Counted from the whole stretch's first letter, positions 1 to 12,395 are shown. The stretch: 63,779 nt of DNA, filler included, from Octopus bimaculoides (GCF_001194135.2; 6 parts of 6 records of this genome joined end to end with filler, not necessarily neighbours in it), one strand, 5' to 3'. The notes: generated by a model not told the origin, from the letters alone. Translations and numbers: made by a program.

Positions 1-3
1 ACC

Positions 4-35
<32 letters not shown>

Positions 36-1681
36 AATTAAAACCACCACCACCACCATCACCACCACCACCACCACCACCATCACCTCCACCACCACCA
101 CAACAACAACAACAAAAATAGTATGGCATCAACAATATGCGCAACAAAAAACAATACTGATTATAACGGCAACGGACAACGATGAGGATGAGGACAACAA
201 CGATGACAACAGGAATAATAACAACAACAACAAGTATATAATGAGGAACAGGGGAGATAATGACGGAGATGATGAAGATGACGACAACAACAACAACACC
301 AACAACAACAACAACAACAACAACAACAACNNNNNNNNNNATATATATATAATAAAAATCAAACAAATTAATACACTTCAAATTAAATTTTAAAAATAAT
401 TGTAAACAATAGTTATAAATCAACAATAAGATAAGGATCACGGAATATTTGCTGCGAAAATTACAGCTGATATGGGATGTGATATGATGATGATGATGAT
501 GGCGACTATGAAGAATATGGAGATGGTTGGCACGTAATTGTGTACTTTGGTTTTTGGTGAGAATGTGCGGTCACGCAAGGAATTCAATATTCTGCCGCGT
601 GAATTGACGTAAAGATAGAGAAAGAAGAAGAAAGAAAAAAGATATAAAGAAATGAGAAACCAGAAGCAATAAACACTAATAGAAACAGTAACGACACCAC
701 CACCATCATCATCATCATCATCACCACGATCATTATGATCAACTTCCTCCTCCTCTTCCTCCTCCTCTTCCTCCTCCACCTCATCATCATTATCATCATC
801 ATCATCAGCATGACCATTATGATCAACTTCCTCCTCCACCTCATCATCATCATCATCATTATCACCATCATCACCATGATCATTATGATCATCTTCCTCC
901 CCTTCCTTCTCCACCTCATCATCATGATCATCATGATCACCATGATCATCATCATCATCGCCGCCGTCGTCGTCGTCATCATCAACAGCTTCATCAGCAG
1001 CACTACTACTACTACTACCATGATCGTAATCATGATCATGGAGAACCTCCTCCCACTCCTCCGTCCCCTCCTTTCCCCCCTCATTCTCTTCATNNNNNNN
1101 NNNNNNNNNNNNNNNNNNNNNNNNNNNNNNNNNNNNNNNNNNNNNNNNNNNNNNNNNNNNNNNNNNNNNNNNNNNNNNNNNNNNNNNNNNNNNNNNNNNN
1201 NNNNNNNNNNNNNNNNNNNNNNNNNNNNNNNNNNNNNNNNNNNNNNNNNNNNNNNNNNNNNNNNNNNNNNNNNNNNNNNNNNNNNNNNNNNNNNNNNNNN
1301 NNNNNNNNNNNNNNNNNNNNNNNNNNNNNNNNNNNNNNNNNNNNNNNNNNNNNNNNNNNNNNNNNNNNNNNNNNNNNNNNNNNNNNNNNNNNNNNNNNNN
1401 NNNNNNNNNNNNNNNNNNNNNNNNNNNNNNNNNNNNNNNNNNNNNNNNNNNNNNNNNNNNNNNNNNNNNNNNNNNNNNNNNNNNNNNNNNNNNNNNNNNN
1501 NNNNNNNNNNNNNNNNNNNNNNNNNNNNNNNNNNNNNNNNNNNNNNNNNNNNNNNNNNNNNNNNNNNNNNNNNNNNNNNNNNNNNNNNNNNNNNNNNNNN
1601 NNNNNNNNNNNNNNNNNNNNNNNNNNNNNNNNNNNNNNNNNNNNNNNNNNNNNNNNNNNNNNNNNNNNNNNNNNNNNNNNN

Positions 1682-1722
<41 letters not shown>

Positions 1723-1725
1723 AAC

Positions 1726-1757
<32 letters not shown>

Positions 1758-2015
1758 TAATAATAATAAAAAAAATATTCAGACAAATACATAACAATAA
1801 TACCAGGACTTACAAATATATATAACATACAGAAAATTGCACTACTGGGTACTGCACACATTCTACGCAAAACACTTTCAATACAGTAACCATAAGAGCA
1901 CCACAGCAAACCACAGCACATACCCAAGGCGCACAGAGCTGCGCTCGGTAGTGAAATGAAAGCACGTTATAAAAATAAAACTACTGAACAATAATAATAA
2001 TAATAATAATAATAA

Positions 2016-2046
<31 letters not shown>

Positions 2047-2300
2047 AAGGAGAGGAAGAAGAACGATTGAAATAATGTCAACTTAATGAGATATTAGTGA
2101 GTAAAAACAAGAGAGGGAAAGTAACAGGAGAAAGAAGAGAATACTGCTTCTGCTGCTGCTGATGATGATGAGGATGAGGATGAGGAGCGTGAGGAGGAAG
2201 AGGAGAAGGAGAAGAAGGAGGAGGAATAAGAAAAAAAAGAAGAAGTAGAAGAAAAGAAGAAGACGGAAAAAGGTAGATGAAATGAATAATAAGGAGAAAG
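1..2300. repeat. Trinucleotide microsatellite/low-complexity field (CAC, CAA, CAT, AAT, GAA); similar fields at 7000-7800, 11581-11673, 51710-51830 and 55340-55735, plus many (TA)n, (CA)n, (GATA)n and (TATG)n tracts
   Basis: Directly visible; most N gaps start or end inside such tracts. Confidence 0.95.
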
Positions 2301-2560
2301 AGAAGTGGGGGAAAAGATGGAGAAGAAGGAGGAGTAAGGGTCACATTCTCCTCTGAGTTGGCTGACCTCAGGCCACTGAGGCACACCCACCTCTCATCGT
2401 TCTCAAATCCTGCTGTATCCACTATGTATTACACCCAGTCCTCACCTCTCAGCATGCCATCTCACTGGAATTGTTTCCCTTCGCATGTCTTTACAGCCAC
2501 CATCCAATTTCAACGATTCAATATAGCAATTAGGTGCTATAAGTATCTCATTTTCTAAGT

Positions 2561-2800
2561 CCCTGAAGTGGCAGAATCATTTGCACGCCGGGCAAGATGC
2601 GTTGCGACATTTCGTCCGTCTTTACATTCTGAGTTCAAGCTCCACCGAGGGAGGCTTATCGGCTTATCATTTTTATCCATTCAAGGTCGATAAAATAAGT
2701 ACCAGTTGATCACTGAGGTCGATGTAATCGACTAGACCCTTCCCTCAAAACTTCAGGCTTTGTGCCAATGATAGAAGAAATTATTATTATTATTATTATT
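2561..2800 (+). mobile_element. tRNA-derived SINE family A
   Basis: Head gtggcagaatc...ttctgagttcaa, central ...aaggtcgataaaataagtaccag, tail ending in (TTA)n. Confidence 0.8.
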
Positions 2801-2810
2801 AACGCAACGG

Positions 2811-3030
2811 ATGGTGGCGAGCTAGCAGAATCGCTAGCTCGCCGGGCAAAATGATTATCAGTATTTCACCTGTCGCTACGTTCTGAGCTCGAAATTCGCT
2901 GACGTCGACTTTGCCTTTTATCCTTTCGAGGTCGATGAAATAAGTACTAGTTGAGCACTGGGGTCGATGTAATCGATATACACCCCCGCCAAAAAATGTC
3001 AGGCTTTGTACCTATAACAGAAAGGGTTAC

Positions 3031-3060
<30 letters not shown>
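2811..3060 (+). mobile_element. SINE family A
   Basis: ggtggcgagctagcagaatcg...gtcgactttgcctttt.tcctttcgaggtcgatgaaataagtactag..., (TTA)n tail. Confidence 0.85.
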
Positions 3061-3061
<1 letters not shown>

Positions 3062-3617
3062 GAGTGAGAGAGCAGTGCATGCCATCAAATTGACACTGGT
3101 GTACAAGTATACGAAGCCCAGTATATCCATCATGACTACCCGTCTGATAAGGATACCCCAGGCACATGCATCACAACCATATGTGCGCGACATGGTGATC
3201 TCATATCAAGATTAACAGCGCATGACCTCGCAGGTGGGACCCAGTTAGAATTTTCTTCAGATTGAGTAGCCCATCCAGCTCAAAAGGTCCCTGAATAAAG
3301 TTTGTTTAAGGATGTTGAGCAAAACACCCATGTTTCCAAAGGTGAATTATTCAGACCCCAAATAATTCCTCTCAACACATAGCTATGATGCTACCCTACT
3401 ACTTCTGCTCATGACCAGAGACGCACATATCGTCAGCCACCAGGGGACATGCTTAACTGGTTAAGGTCAACCGACTGACAAGCAAATCTGTGGTATTGAG
3501 CAGAATATTTGCTGTAGCCCATGTTTTATACCAAGACAAAACAATGTGCATGATAACACTTCCAATCAATTAAGATCAGAAGCCATGAGAGCCAATGCCT
3601 GGTACTGCATCAGGGCA
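3061..3617. mobile_element. ~555-bp interspersed repeat flanked on both sides by (AAT/TTA)n
   Basis: Colinear with the reverse complement of 51166-51708 on a different scaffold. No A/B box or TIR seen. Confidence 0.85.
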
Positions 3618-3629
3618 TTATTATTATTA

Positions 3630-3715
<86 letters not shown>

Positions 3716-3718
3716 ATT

Positions 3719-3848
3719 AAGGTGGCGGCAGGTGGCGAGCTGGCAGAATCGTTATCAAGCCTGGTAAAACGCTTCAAATTCTGCCGACGTCGACTTTGCC
3801 TTTCGTCCTTTCAGGGTCGATAAAATAAGTACCGGCTGAGCACTGATC
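3719..3848 (+). mobile_element. SINE family A, internally deleted and 3'-truncated
   Basis: ggtggcgagctggcagaatcg...gtcgactttgcctttcgtcctttcagggtcgataaaataagtacc. Confidence 0.75.
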
Positions 3849-4410
3849 AGATTGAACATATAACAAATGAAATATTTGGGCGAGGCTTGGCTTGTTTAAA
3901 TGTTAAAGGGTTAACGTGGAAATCAAAATTACTGCCTCAACCATTTCCTCACCACTTATACTTATGATAAAGTAATTCTTTAAAGAAAATTACTTACATC
4001 TGGCTGCAAACAGTTTTCAAAGGCTGAAGCTTAATAAAATATAATAATCACGCTTTTCTCAATGAATTTAACAACACACCTGAAGTAAAACAGCTTCAAC
4101 TGCTGACATAATCCGTCATATGTTTTAACACAATCTCGTGGCTCTTGAGGGCGGGCCTTAAGTAAAGTTCTTTATGTAGCAATCATTTGCGTCAGGTTTC
4201 CTATGTGACAATAGATTTCTCTCATCTTCACTTTTTGCTACAAGTCTCAGAAAACTTGGAAAGAAGGCCGCAAGCATTGCCCTTCCTCCTCCAGCAAAGT
4301 TATAAAGCCAAAGAAGGAAAAGGGAATATTACGTTATTGACATTAGTACAGAATCTATAAGCTTTCATCGGGTATTGGTGATATAAAGTCGCCATAATGC
4401 AACTGCATTA

Positions 4411-4642
4411 TGTAAAACTGAAAGTTGCAAACTTCAAGGCACTAGCTGTTACATTGGACAGACCAGTACAACACTCTCACGTAGGTTCACCATGCATTTA
4501 CAATATTATTACACAAAATAATACTATTGACCACAAAATGAAATTAAATAGGAAAATACTAGAGAAAAATATGTGCTTATAAAATACAAAACCAGATGAT
4601 TAATTATGGAAACCATACGCATATTTTAATGCAATACCATAA
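4411..4642 (+). pseudogene. PLE GIY-YIG endonuclease fragment (copy 1), direct repeat of 5097-5330
   Basis: CKTESCKLQGTSCYIGQTSTTLSRRFTMHLQY. Nucleotide sequence is nearly identical to 5097-5330. Confidence 0.75.
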
Positions 4643-4899
4643 TTGGGATATCATTCATGGACACTCTATTTTCATGTTAAAGTGTTGGGAATAGCGTGCA
4701 ATAGATTCCAACTATGTTCTCCAGGCTCTCACGAAACTTTTGAACTCATCAGAGCAATTTACGAAAACACTTGTTTATTTTCCAGTTATTACAGCAGCTA
4801 GATCTGCTTATCCATCTATGCGGAATAAGATCTACTTAAAGCCAGATGAGAGCAGTTGTTTAACTTTAAAGCTCATAACGTTGAATGTTCTCGGCGAGT

Positions 4900-4988
4900 G
4901 CGTCACACACGATCATAAACAATGGGTCACACACGACCATAAACAATACGTCACACACGACCATAAACAATGCGTCACACACGACCAT
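4900..4988. repeat. 24-bp minisatellite, about 3.7 units
   Basis: gtcacacacgaccataaacaatgc with unit starts at 4902, 4926, 4950 and 4974. Confidence 0.95.
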
Positions 4989-5039
4989 GAATATACTACA
5001 AAAAACACAAAAACCAAAAAAATCCTTCTGATCAATAAC

Positions 5040-5330
5040 TCACCACAAACATATAAGAACAAACTGCAAATAACGAACGTGATATACATATTTGAGTGTA
5101 AAACTGAAAGTTGCAAACTTCAAGGCATTAGCTGTTACATTGGACAGACCAGTACAACACTCACGTAGATTCACCATGCATTTACAATATTATTACACAA
5201 CATAATATTATTCACCACAAAATGAAATTAAATAGGAAAATACTAGAGAAAAATATGTGCTTATAAAACACAAAACCAGATGATTAATTATGGAAACCAT
5301 ATGCATATTTTAATACTATACCAAAATTAA
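5040..5330 (+). pseudogene. PLE GIY-YIG endonuclease fragment (copy 2)
   Basis: TNVIYIFECKTESCKLQGISCYIGQTSTTL, then a frameshift. Compared with copy 1 it lacks 2 nt at ACACTC(TC)ACGTAG. Confidence 0.75.
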
Positions 5331-5436
5331 CATGCTAAGACACACATCATGTATGTATGTATGTATGTATGTATGTATACATACATACATATACACACAT
5401 ACACACACATATATATATATATGTATATACATATAC

Positions 5437-5482
<46 letters not shown>

Positions 5483-7050
5483 CGTAAGAAATGAATTCAG
5501 TGACTCGTGTGACGATTTGTGTAAGCGTTTGTATTCATACACATATAATTGCCTGCGTGCATACTCTTGTGTCTATATATCTCTTATACGCCCTCAGTTG
5601 CTCTACACACGTACAATGTGGCACGTTACTCTGACCCTCACAACTGAATCAAACCCTTTTCTCTTCACATCTTCCTATTCTTCTCCCCGTTCTCTCTCCC
5701 TTCCAAACATCCACCGCACATCTCACCCTTCGAGCTTCAACCCCCATTTCCCTCGCAATACCTACCTCCCATTTACTCACCTTCTACTTAAACGTTCTAC
5801 CTCTACGTCACTATCTACCACTCTATCTATCACTCTCACTTCCCGCTATTTTATCAACGAGCACTGCTCAACTGAGCTGTATTCCCCTCAGCCATTTGTC
5901 TAAGCCACATCGTGGCATGAAAGTGACGTGTGTGGTGGGATCAAGAGCGTCAGGGCGTAACTATTTGATGTCAACATCAGTCATAGTCATACACGCACTT
6001 CATGTCAAGTGGACAAGGATGACGGCGCATGTGCAAAGAGTTTCCGGTTGCGCCGGCGCAGTACACCACCAAATCGAAGAATACCCTTGCTCTATGCATC
6101 ACCCGTTCATTGTTAACGGCTTTGCTCCAAACACAATGTCTCTATCCACACCGCCTTCTCGTATTTTGTAACATTATTTACGCTTTGGATTTATGAATAT
6201 ATGCAAGCGTACACATATATGCACATGTGTGTGTATTCATATACATATGCATGTGAGCATATATGCATATATATATATATATATATATANNNNNNNNNNN
6301 NNNNNNNNNNNNNNNNNNNNNNNNNNNNNNNNNNNNNNNNNNNNNNNNNNNNNNNNNNNNNNNNNNNNNNNNNNNNNNNNNNNNNNNNNNNNNNNNNNNN
6401 NNNNNNNNNNNNNNNNNNNNNNNNNNNNNNNNNNNNNNNNNNNNNNNNNNNNNNNNNNNNNNNNNNNNNNNNNNNNNNNNNNNNNNNNNNNNNNNNNNNN
6501 NNNNNNNNNNNNNNNNNNNNNNNNNNNNNNNNNNNNNNNNNNNNNNNNNNNNNNNNNNNNNNNNNNNNNNNNNNNNNNNNNNNNNNNNNNNNNNNNNNNN
6601 NNNNNNNNNNNNNNNNNNNNNNNNNNNNNNNNNNNNNNNNNNNNNNNNNNNNNNNNNNNNNNNNNNNNNNNNNNNNNNNNNNNNNNNNNNNNNNNNNNNN
6701 NNNNNNNNNNNNNNNNNNNNNNNNNNNNNNNNNNNNNNNNNNNNNNNNNNNNNNNNNNNNNNNNNNNNNNNNNNNNNNNNNNNNNNNNNNNNNNNNNNNN
6801 NNNNNNNNNNNNNNNNNNNNNNNNNNNNNNNNNNNNNNNNNNNNNNNNNNNNNNNNNNNNNNNNNNNNNNNNNNNNNNNNNNNNNNNNNNNNNNNNNNNN
6901 NNNNNNNNNNNNNNNNNNNNNNNNNNNNNNNNNNNNNNNNNNNNNNNNNNNNNNNNNNNNNNNNNNNNNNNNNNNNNNNNAGAACAAAATAAGACGGGAA
7001 ATTTTCTTCTTCTTCTTCTTCTTCTTCTTCTTCTTCTTCTTCTTCTTCTT

Positions 7051-7106
<56 letters not shown>

Positions 7107-7464
7107 GCTGCTGCTACTACTACTACTGCTACTGATGCTTTTGCGGTTTTGTCTCCTCCCCGTTGATCCACTCCACCTTTGTCTACAATTAGTGACACAA
7201 GGGGCTGGGAGATTTCATCTGCTCCGTTGCCTCCGAAATGAATAAAAGCGTGACCCTTAATGAATTGAGAAACGAAAAAGAAACAACAGCAGCAGTGACG
7301 GCAGCAGCAGCAGCAGCAGCAGTGACAGCAGCGACAATAATAGTTACAGCAACAACAAAAACAAAAACAAAAGTGGAAATGAAGATAAAACAATAACAAA
7401 GGCAAATCCAACACTGCAAAAGCGATGGCAGCATGGATATACCTGCTATTATTTGTAGTAATAC

Positions 7465-7495
<31 letters not shown>

Positions 7496-7537
7496 TTCAT
7501 CACCATCGTCATCATCATAATCATCATCATCATCAAT

Positions 7538-7572
<35 letters not shown>

Positions 7573-7964
7573 TAACTTTATAATTTTCTTCTTCCTACAC
7601 ATTATCATTATTATCAGCGGCATCATCATTCTCACCATCGTCGTCATCATCATCCTCATCATCATCCTCATCATCATCATCATCATCATCACCATCATCA
7701 TCAACATCATCACCACCGCCGCCGCCGCCACCACCACCACTACCACCACCAGCACCACCACCATCATCATCATCACATTCACCCGCATTGAAGAAAACAA
7801 TTGCCGCCCCTTTTAAATATTAATTTAGCTGAGCAGTGGAGCAGGCAGGAGATGTATATAAATAAAAGTAAATTCTTCACTGTACGTATGTATGTATGTA
7901 TGTATGTATGTATGTATGTATGTATGTATGTATGTATGTATGCATGTATGTGTGTAAGTATGCA

Positions 7965-8030
<66 letters not shown>

Positions 8031-9230
8031 AATAGTTTTATGCGTAGCTATATTTGAAACTATCTAATTGTATGATCACTTAGTATTCTTGAGAATTGCA
8101 TCGTATTTATNNNNNNNNNNNNNNNNNNNNNNNNNNNNNNNNNNNNNNNNNNNNNNNNNNNNNNNNNNNNNNNNNNNNNNNNNNNNNNNNNNNNNNNNNN
8201 NNNNNNNNNNNNNNNNNNNNNNNNNNNNNNNNNNNNNNNNNNNNNNNNNNNNNNNNNNNNNNNNNNNNNNNNNNNNNNNNATATATATATATATATACCC
8301 CACACACACACATATTATATTAACAATGAACTACAATCTTGCTTGCTTGCTTGCAATGTTATACTGCCAAACCGGCGCATAAAGGGAAAATACATTGAAA
8401 ATAATGTGCTCCTTAAATGTGAATAGAAACGGAATAAAACAAGTTTTGCGTAAATCGACCACTGGTTACTGAAATATTCGGGGTTTTGTGTGTATAAATC
8501 ACCAAAATGGTGCATAATGGGAAATACTCTGAAAAAGAAGAAACTTTAACCTTTCCATTACACACATTATGATGGGCAAAATATATTTAAGTGAAAATAA
8601 CCAGAAATACGGTAAATATTTCGTAAAATCCCGTACGTTACCTCGGTGAGAAATAGTTATTTTTCCATAGGTTTCTTTCGAGTGCATTCAACGTATCTCA
8701 CCTCCAAATATTTGGCTGCTATTTCTAGCACGCCCTGCTACCATGTAACAGTTCTTTGCGATAAAGGGCCTGAAATACTTGTTACGTGGTAGCAGGGTGT
8801 GCAAGAAATAGCAGCCAAATCTTTCCTTTTTCTGGGGAAAGGAGAGGTTTACGTGTGATTTTGATGTCACATTCGTTGAAAGCATGAAATAACCTGAAAA
8901 AGAAAAAAAAACCCCACGAAACAAAACTCTGTTGCTGGGAAACTCAGACTTTGCTGCTACCTTGAATTATTGGTAACCCAACAGATCACAGGTTGTCTAG
9001 TCTAGTCTAGTATATATATATATATATATATATATATTCCCGCGTATTTACATACGCGCGCGCACACGCACACGCACACACATATATGTATCTATAACAT
9101 TTATAATGTATATATATATATATACATGTGTGTGTGAATATATATATCTACATATAAGTATATATATGTATTATATATATATATATATGTATATATATAT
9201 GTGTGTGTGTGTGAGTGTGTGTGTGTGTAT

Positions 9231-9640
9231 GTAGGCGAAGGCGCGGCTTCCCAGTCACATGGTACCGGGTTCTCTCTCATTGCATGGCTCTAGTATCGAG
9301 TGGAACAAATCCTTGTGAGTAGATTTGGCAGACAAAAACTGAAAGTAACTCGTCGTATGCACACACACACACACACACGCGCGCACGCACACGCGCACAC
9401 ACACACACAGATATATTTATATCTACGTGTGTGTGTTTTGTGACTGTGCATGTTCCCCACTTAATAGCCAGTGTTGGTTTGTTTATGTCTCCGTAATTTC
9501 GAGGTTCGGCAAAAAGTGTGCGATGAAGTACCTTGCTTTTATAAAATAAATACCGGGGTCAAGTCATTCGACTGAAAGGTCTCCAAGGCGGTGCCCCAGC
9601 ATGGCCACAGTTTAGTGACTGAAACTAGTAAAAGATAAAG
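9231..9640 (+). mobile_element. SINE family B, diverged
   Basis: Colinear with 39894-40225; has an internal (CA)n tract and the tail ggcggtgccccagcatggccacag...gactgaaactagtaaaag. Confidence 0.75.
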
Positions 9641-9741
9641 TTGAAAATGTAAAACTGGAGTTGCTGCAATATCTTGTCTGAGAGAAGCATCTCAAGAAGA
9701 AGGCTTAGACTTAGGGTTCTCTCGGAATGTCATTGGCGGAT

Positions 9742-9785
9742 CGTCAGGCATAGTGTTTCGACCTTAACTGGTATCTTCAGTGACG
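9742..9785 (-). ncRNA. Type I hammerhead fold with mutated cleavage triplet
   Basis: Reverse complement: cgtca-CTGAAGA-t-acc(agttaa)ggtc-GAAA-ca(cta)tg-CC-tgacg. Perfect 5-bp stem I; the triplet is GCC instead of GUC. Confidence 0.55.
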
Positions 9786-11266
9786 AAAGCTTGTTCTACT
9801 TGCATTAAATTTTTTGTGTACTTAAATTCGTTTAATCTTGTAATTGATTCAATAATTGGCATGCGGCTACGCTGGGGGTATTGCTAGTATGGGTTTATGC
9901 GATAAATCTAATTTTGGAAGAATCTTGTTCTTATTCTATGCATCTCTTTTTGATGAGGTGCCAAACAGCCATGTTACAGTAACATAAACAAGGATCGGTT
10001 GTTAATCTGTGTGACACCACCACAAAGACGTACATAGATATACCTATAGTTGTGTAAATACATACACATACACATACACATACACATATACATCAATATA
10101 TATCATATACATATATTACATTTAGTATGTATATATGTATGCATGTATATATATATATATTTACTTGGAGAATGGAGCAACAAATACAAGAAAAAGCATT
10201 TTCGTTGGATGCTTCAGACTACCCCTGAAGGATCGAGGCAAACCTACCACTTACCTATANNNNNNNNNNNNNNNNNNNNNNNNNNNNNNNNNNNNNNNNN
10301 NNNNNNNNNNNNNNNNNNNNNNNNNNNNNNNNNNNNNNNNNNNNNNNNNNNNNNNNNNNNNNNNNNNNNNNNNNNNNNNNNNNNNNNNNNNNNNNNNNNN
10401 NNNNNNNNNNNNNNNNNNNNNNNNNNNNNNNNNNNNNNNNNNNNNNNNNNNNNNNNNNNNNNNNNNNNNNNNNNNNNNNNNNNNNNNNNNNNNNNNNNNN
10501 NNNNNNNNNNNNNNNNNNNNNNNNNNNNNNNNNNNNNNNNNNNNNNNNNNNNNNNNNNNNNNNNNNNNNNNNNNNNNNNNNNNNNNNNNNNNNNNNNNNN
10601 NNNNNNNNNNNNNNNNNNNNNNNNNNNNNNNNNNNNNNNNNNNNNNNNNNNNNNNNNNNNNNNNNNNNNNNNNNNNNNNNNNNNNNNNNNNNNNNNNNNN
10701 NNNNNNNNNNNNNNNNNNNNNNNNNNNNNNNNNNNNNNNNNNNNNNNNNNNNNNNNNNNNNNNNNNNNNNNNNNNNNNNNNNNNNNNNNNNNNNNNNNNN
10801 NNNNNNNNNNNNNNNNNNNNNNNNNNNNNNNNNNNNNNNNNNNNNNNNNNNNNNNNNNNNNNNTTTCTGTCTGTCTGTCTCTCTATTTTACTCTTGTGAA
10901 TTCTAGGTAGTTGGCACCAGTTTGATATGAATTCTTGTCTTTGATTGTTTAAGCAGCAATAGAAGTTGAGAAAGGAGGCGGCGGCGGCGAGGAAGAAGAA
11001 GAGGAAGGAGAAGAAGAAGAAGAAGAAGAAGAAGAAGAAGAAGAAGAAGAAGAAGAAGAAGAAGAAGAAAACGCGGGAGTGGTATGACAGTAGCAAGATG
11101 TTGGTGGAATCTTCTTAAATGGTCAAGTGACCTAAAAGTGATCCGTTGTGGTTGTAATAGTAGTGATTGGAATTGTTCTGAATAAATTCATGTGAAATGA
11201 TTATTCTGAATATATCGTTTTTAATATTTGCATGGGTATTATTCTAAGGCCCTTGTAATAGTATCA

Positions 11267-11555
11267 TTTGTGGTGGATGCATTCAAAAGGGGGTTTATAT
11301 TTTGTGATAAAGAATAACTCTTTACTAATGCGCTGACTACAGGTTGCATCGTCCCTGAATTGATAGAGGAGAAAAATTCTGAAACTGGGTTGTTTCTTAT
11401 TGGCGCAAATGTCGATGTGTTCGCTGAATGCTATTTTTCTGCATTTCCGCATTTTGATCTAGGATCTCTGCAGAGCCATCCTTTGACGTAGACTGTTTTT
11501 GGTTTGGCCTGTGCATCGCTCTCGATACCCAGAACAAGTTAATGCATATATCATA
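11267..11555 (-). pseudogene. PLE GIY-YIG endonuclease C-terminal fragment
   Basis: One frame reads MIYALTCSGYRERCTGQTKNSLRQRMALQRS*IKMRKCRKIAFSEHIDICANKKQPSFRIFLLYQF...QRISKELFFITKYKPPF: a degenerate GIY..YIGQT..L..R..H core plus the R..KE.F.I.K.KP end. One stop at 11459-11461. Confidence 0.75.
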
Positions 11556-12229
11556 TGCTACTGTCATACCACTCACGCGTTCTTCTTCTTCTTCTTCTTC
11601 TTCTTCTTCTTCTTCTTCTTCTTCTTCTTCTTCTTCTTCTTCTTCTTCTTCTTCTTCTTCTTCTTCTTCTTCTNNNNNNNNNNNNNNNNNNNNNNNNNNN
11701 NNNNNNNNNNNNNNNNNNNNNNNNNNNNNNNNNNNNNNNNNNNNNNNNNNNNNNNNNNNNNNNNNNNNNNNNNNNNNNNNNNNNNNNNNNNNNNNNNNNN
11801 NNNNNNNNNNNNNNNNNNNNNNNNNNNNNNNNNNNNNNNNNNNNNNNNNNNNNNNNNNNNNNNNNNNNNNNNNNNNNNNNNNNNNNNNNNNNNNNNNNNN
11901 NNNNNNNNNNNNNNNNNNNNNNNNNNNNNNNNNNNNNNNNNNNNNNNNNNNNNNNNNNNNNNNNNNNNNNNNNNNNNNNNNNNNNNNNNNNNNNNNNNNN
12001 NNNNNNNNNNNNNNNNNNNNNNNNNNNNNNNNNNNNNNNNNNNNNNNNNNNNNNNNNNNNATATATATATATATATATACACATACATACATACATATGT
12101 ACATATATAAATATATGTTTGTATGTAATGATCAAAAAGTGAGTGAAATGTCCTCCCCGAGATATAGACTTTAAAAAAACGGTTTCGCGGATTCTGTGAC
12201 GTAAATATTACCCCGTACACGAACAGGAC

Positions 12230-12395
12230 GCCAGTCCATTGCAGGATTACTCATTTTTGGCGGCTGAGTGGACTGGAGCAGCTTGAAATATATTGCTTTG
12301 CACAAGAACACAATGCATCGCCTGATCCAGGAATCGAAACCATAATCGTAGGATCATGATGCTGACACCCTAAGTGCTCATCCACGCGCTTCCAT
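12230..12395 (-). mobile_element. tRNA-derived SINE family C fragment
   Basis: B-box-like ggtttcgattcc on the minus strand; shares gctgagtggactggagca.cttgaaata with 15617-15655. Confidence 0.6.

Noticed and set aside
129-2422. Long ORFs with poly-L/I/M/H/E runs, here and at 6178-7816, 11397-12220, 18624-19671, 54352-55791 and 58933-59189
   Set aside because: They are translations of microsatellites or of N runs, with no domain content.
4843-4882. Hammerhead-like cagatga-gagc...gctc-ataacgtt between the two GIY-YIG copies
   Set aside because: It has three core substitutions and no stem I; the position is suggestive but the match is too weak to call.
4900-4988. Regularly spaced repeats as a possible CRISPR array (also 36083-36590)
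   Set aside because: There are no unique spacers and no cas genes, and the context is eukaryotic; these are tandem repeats.
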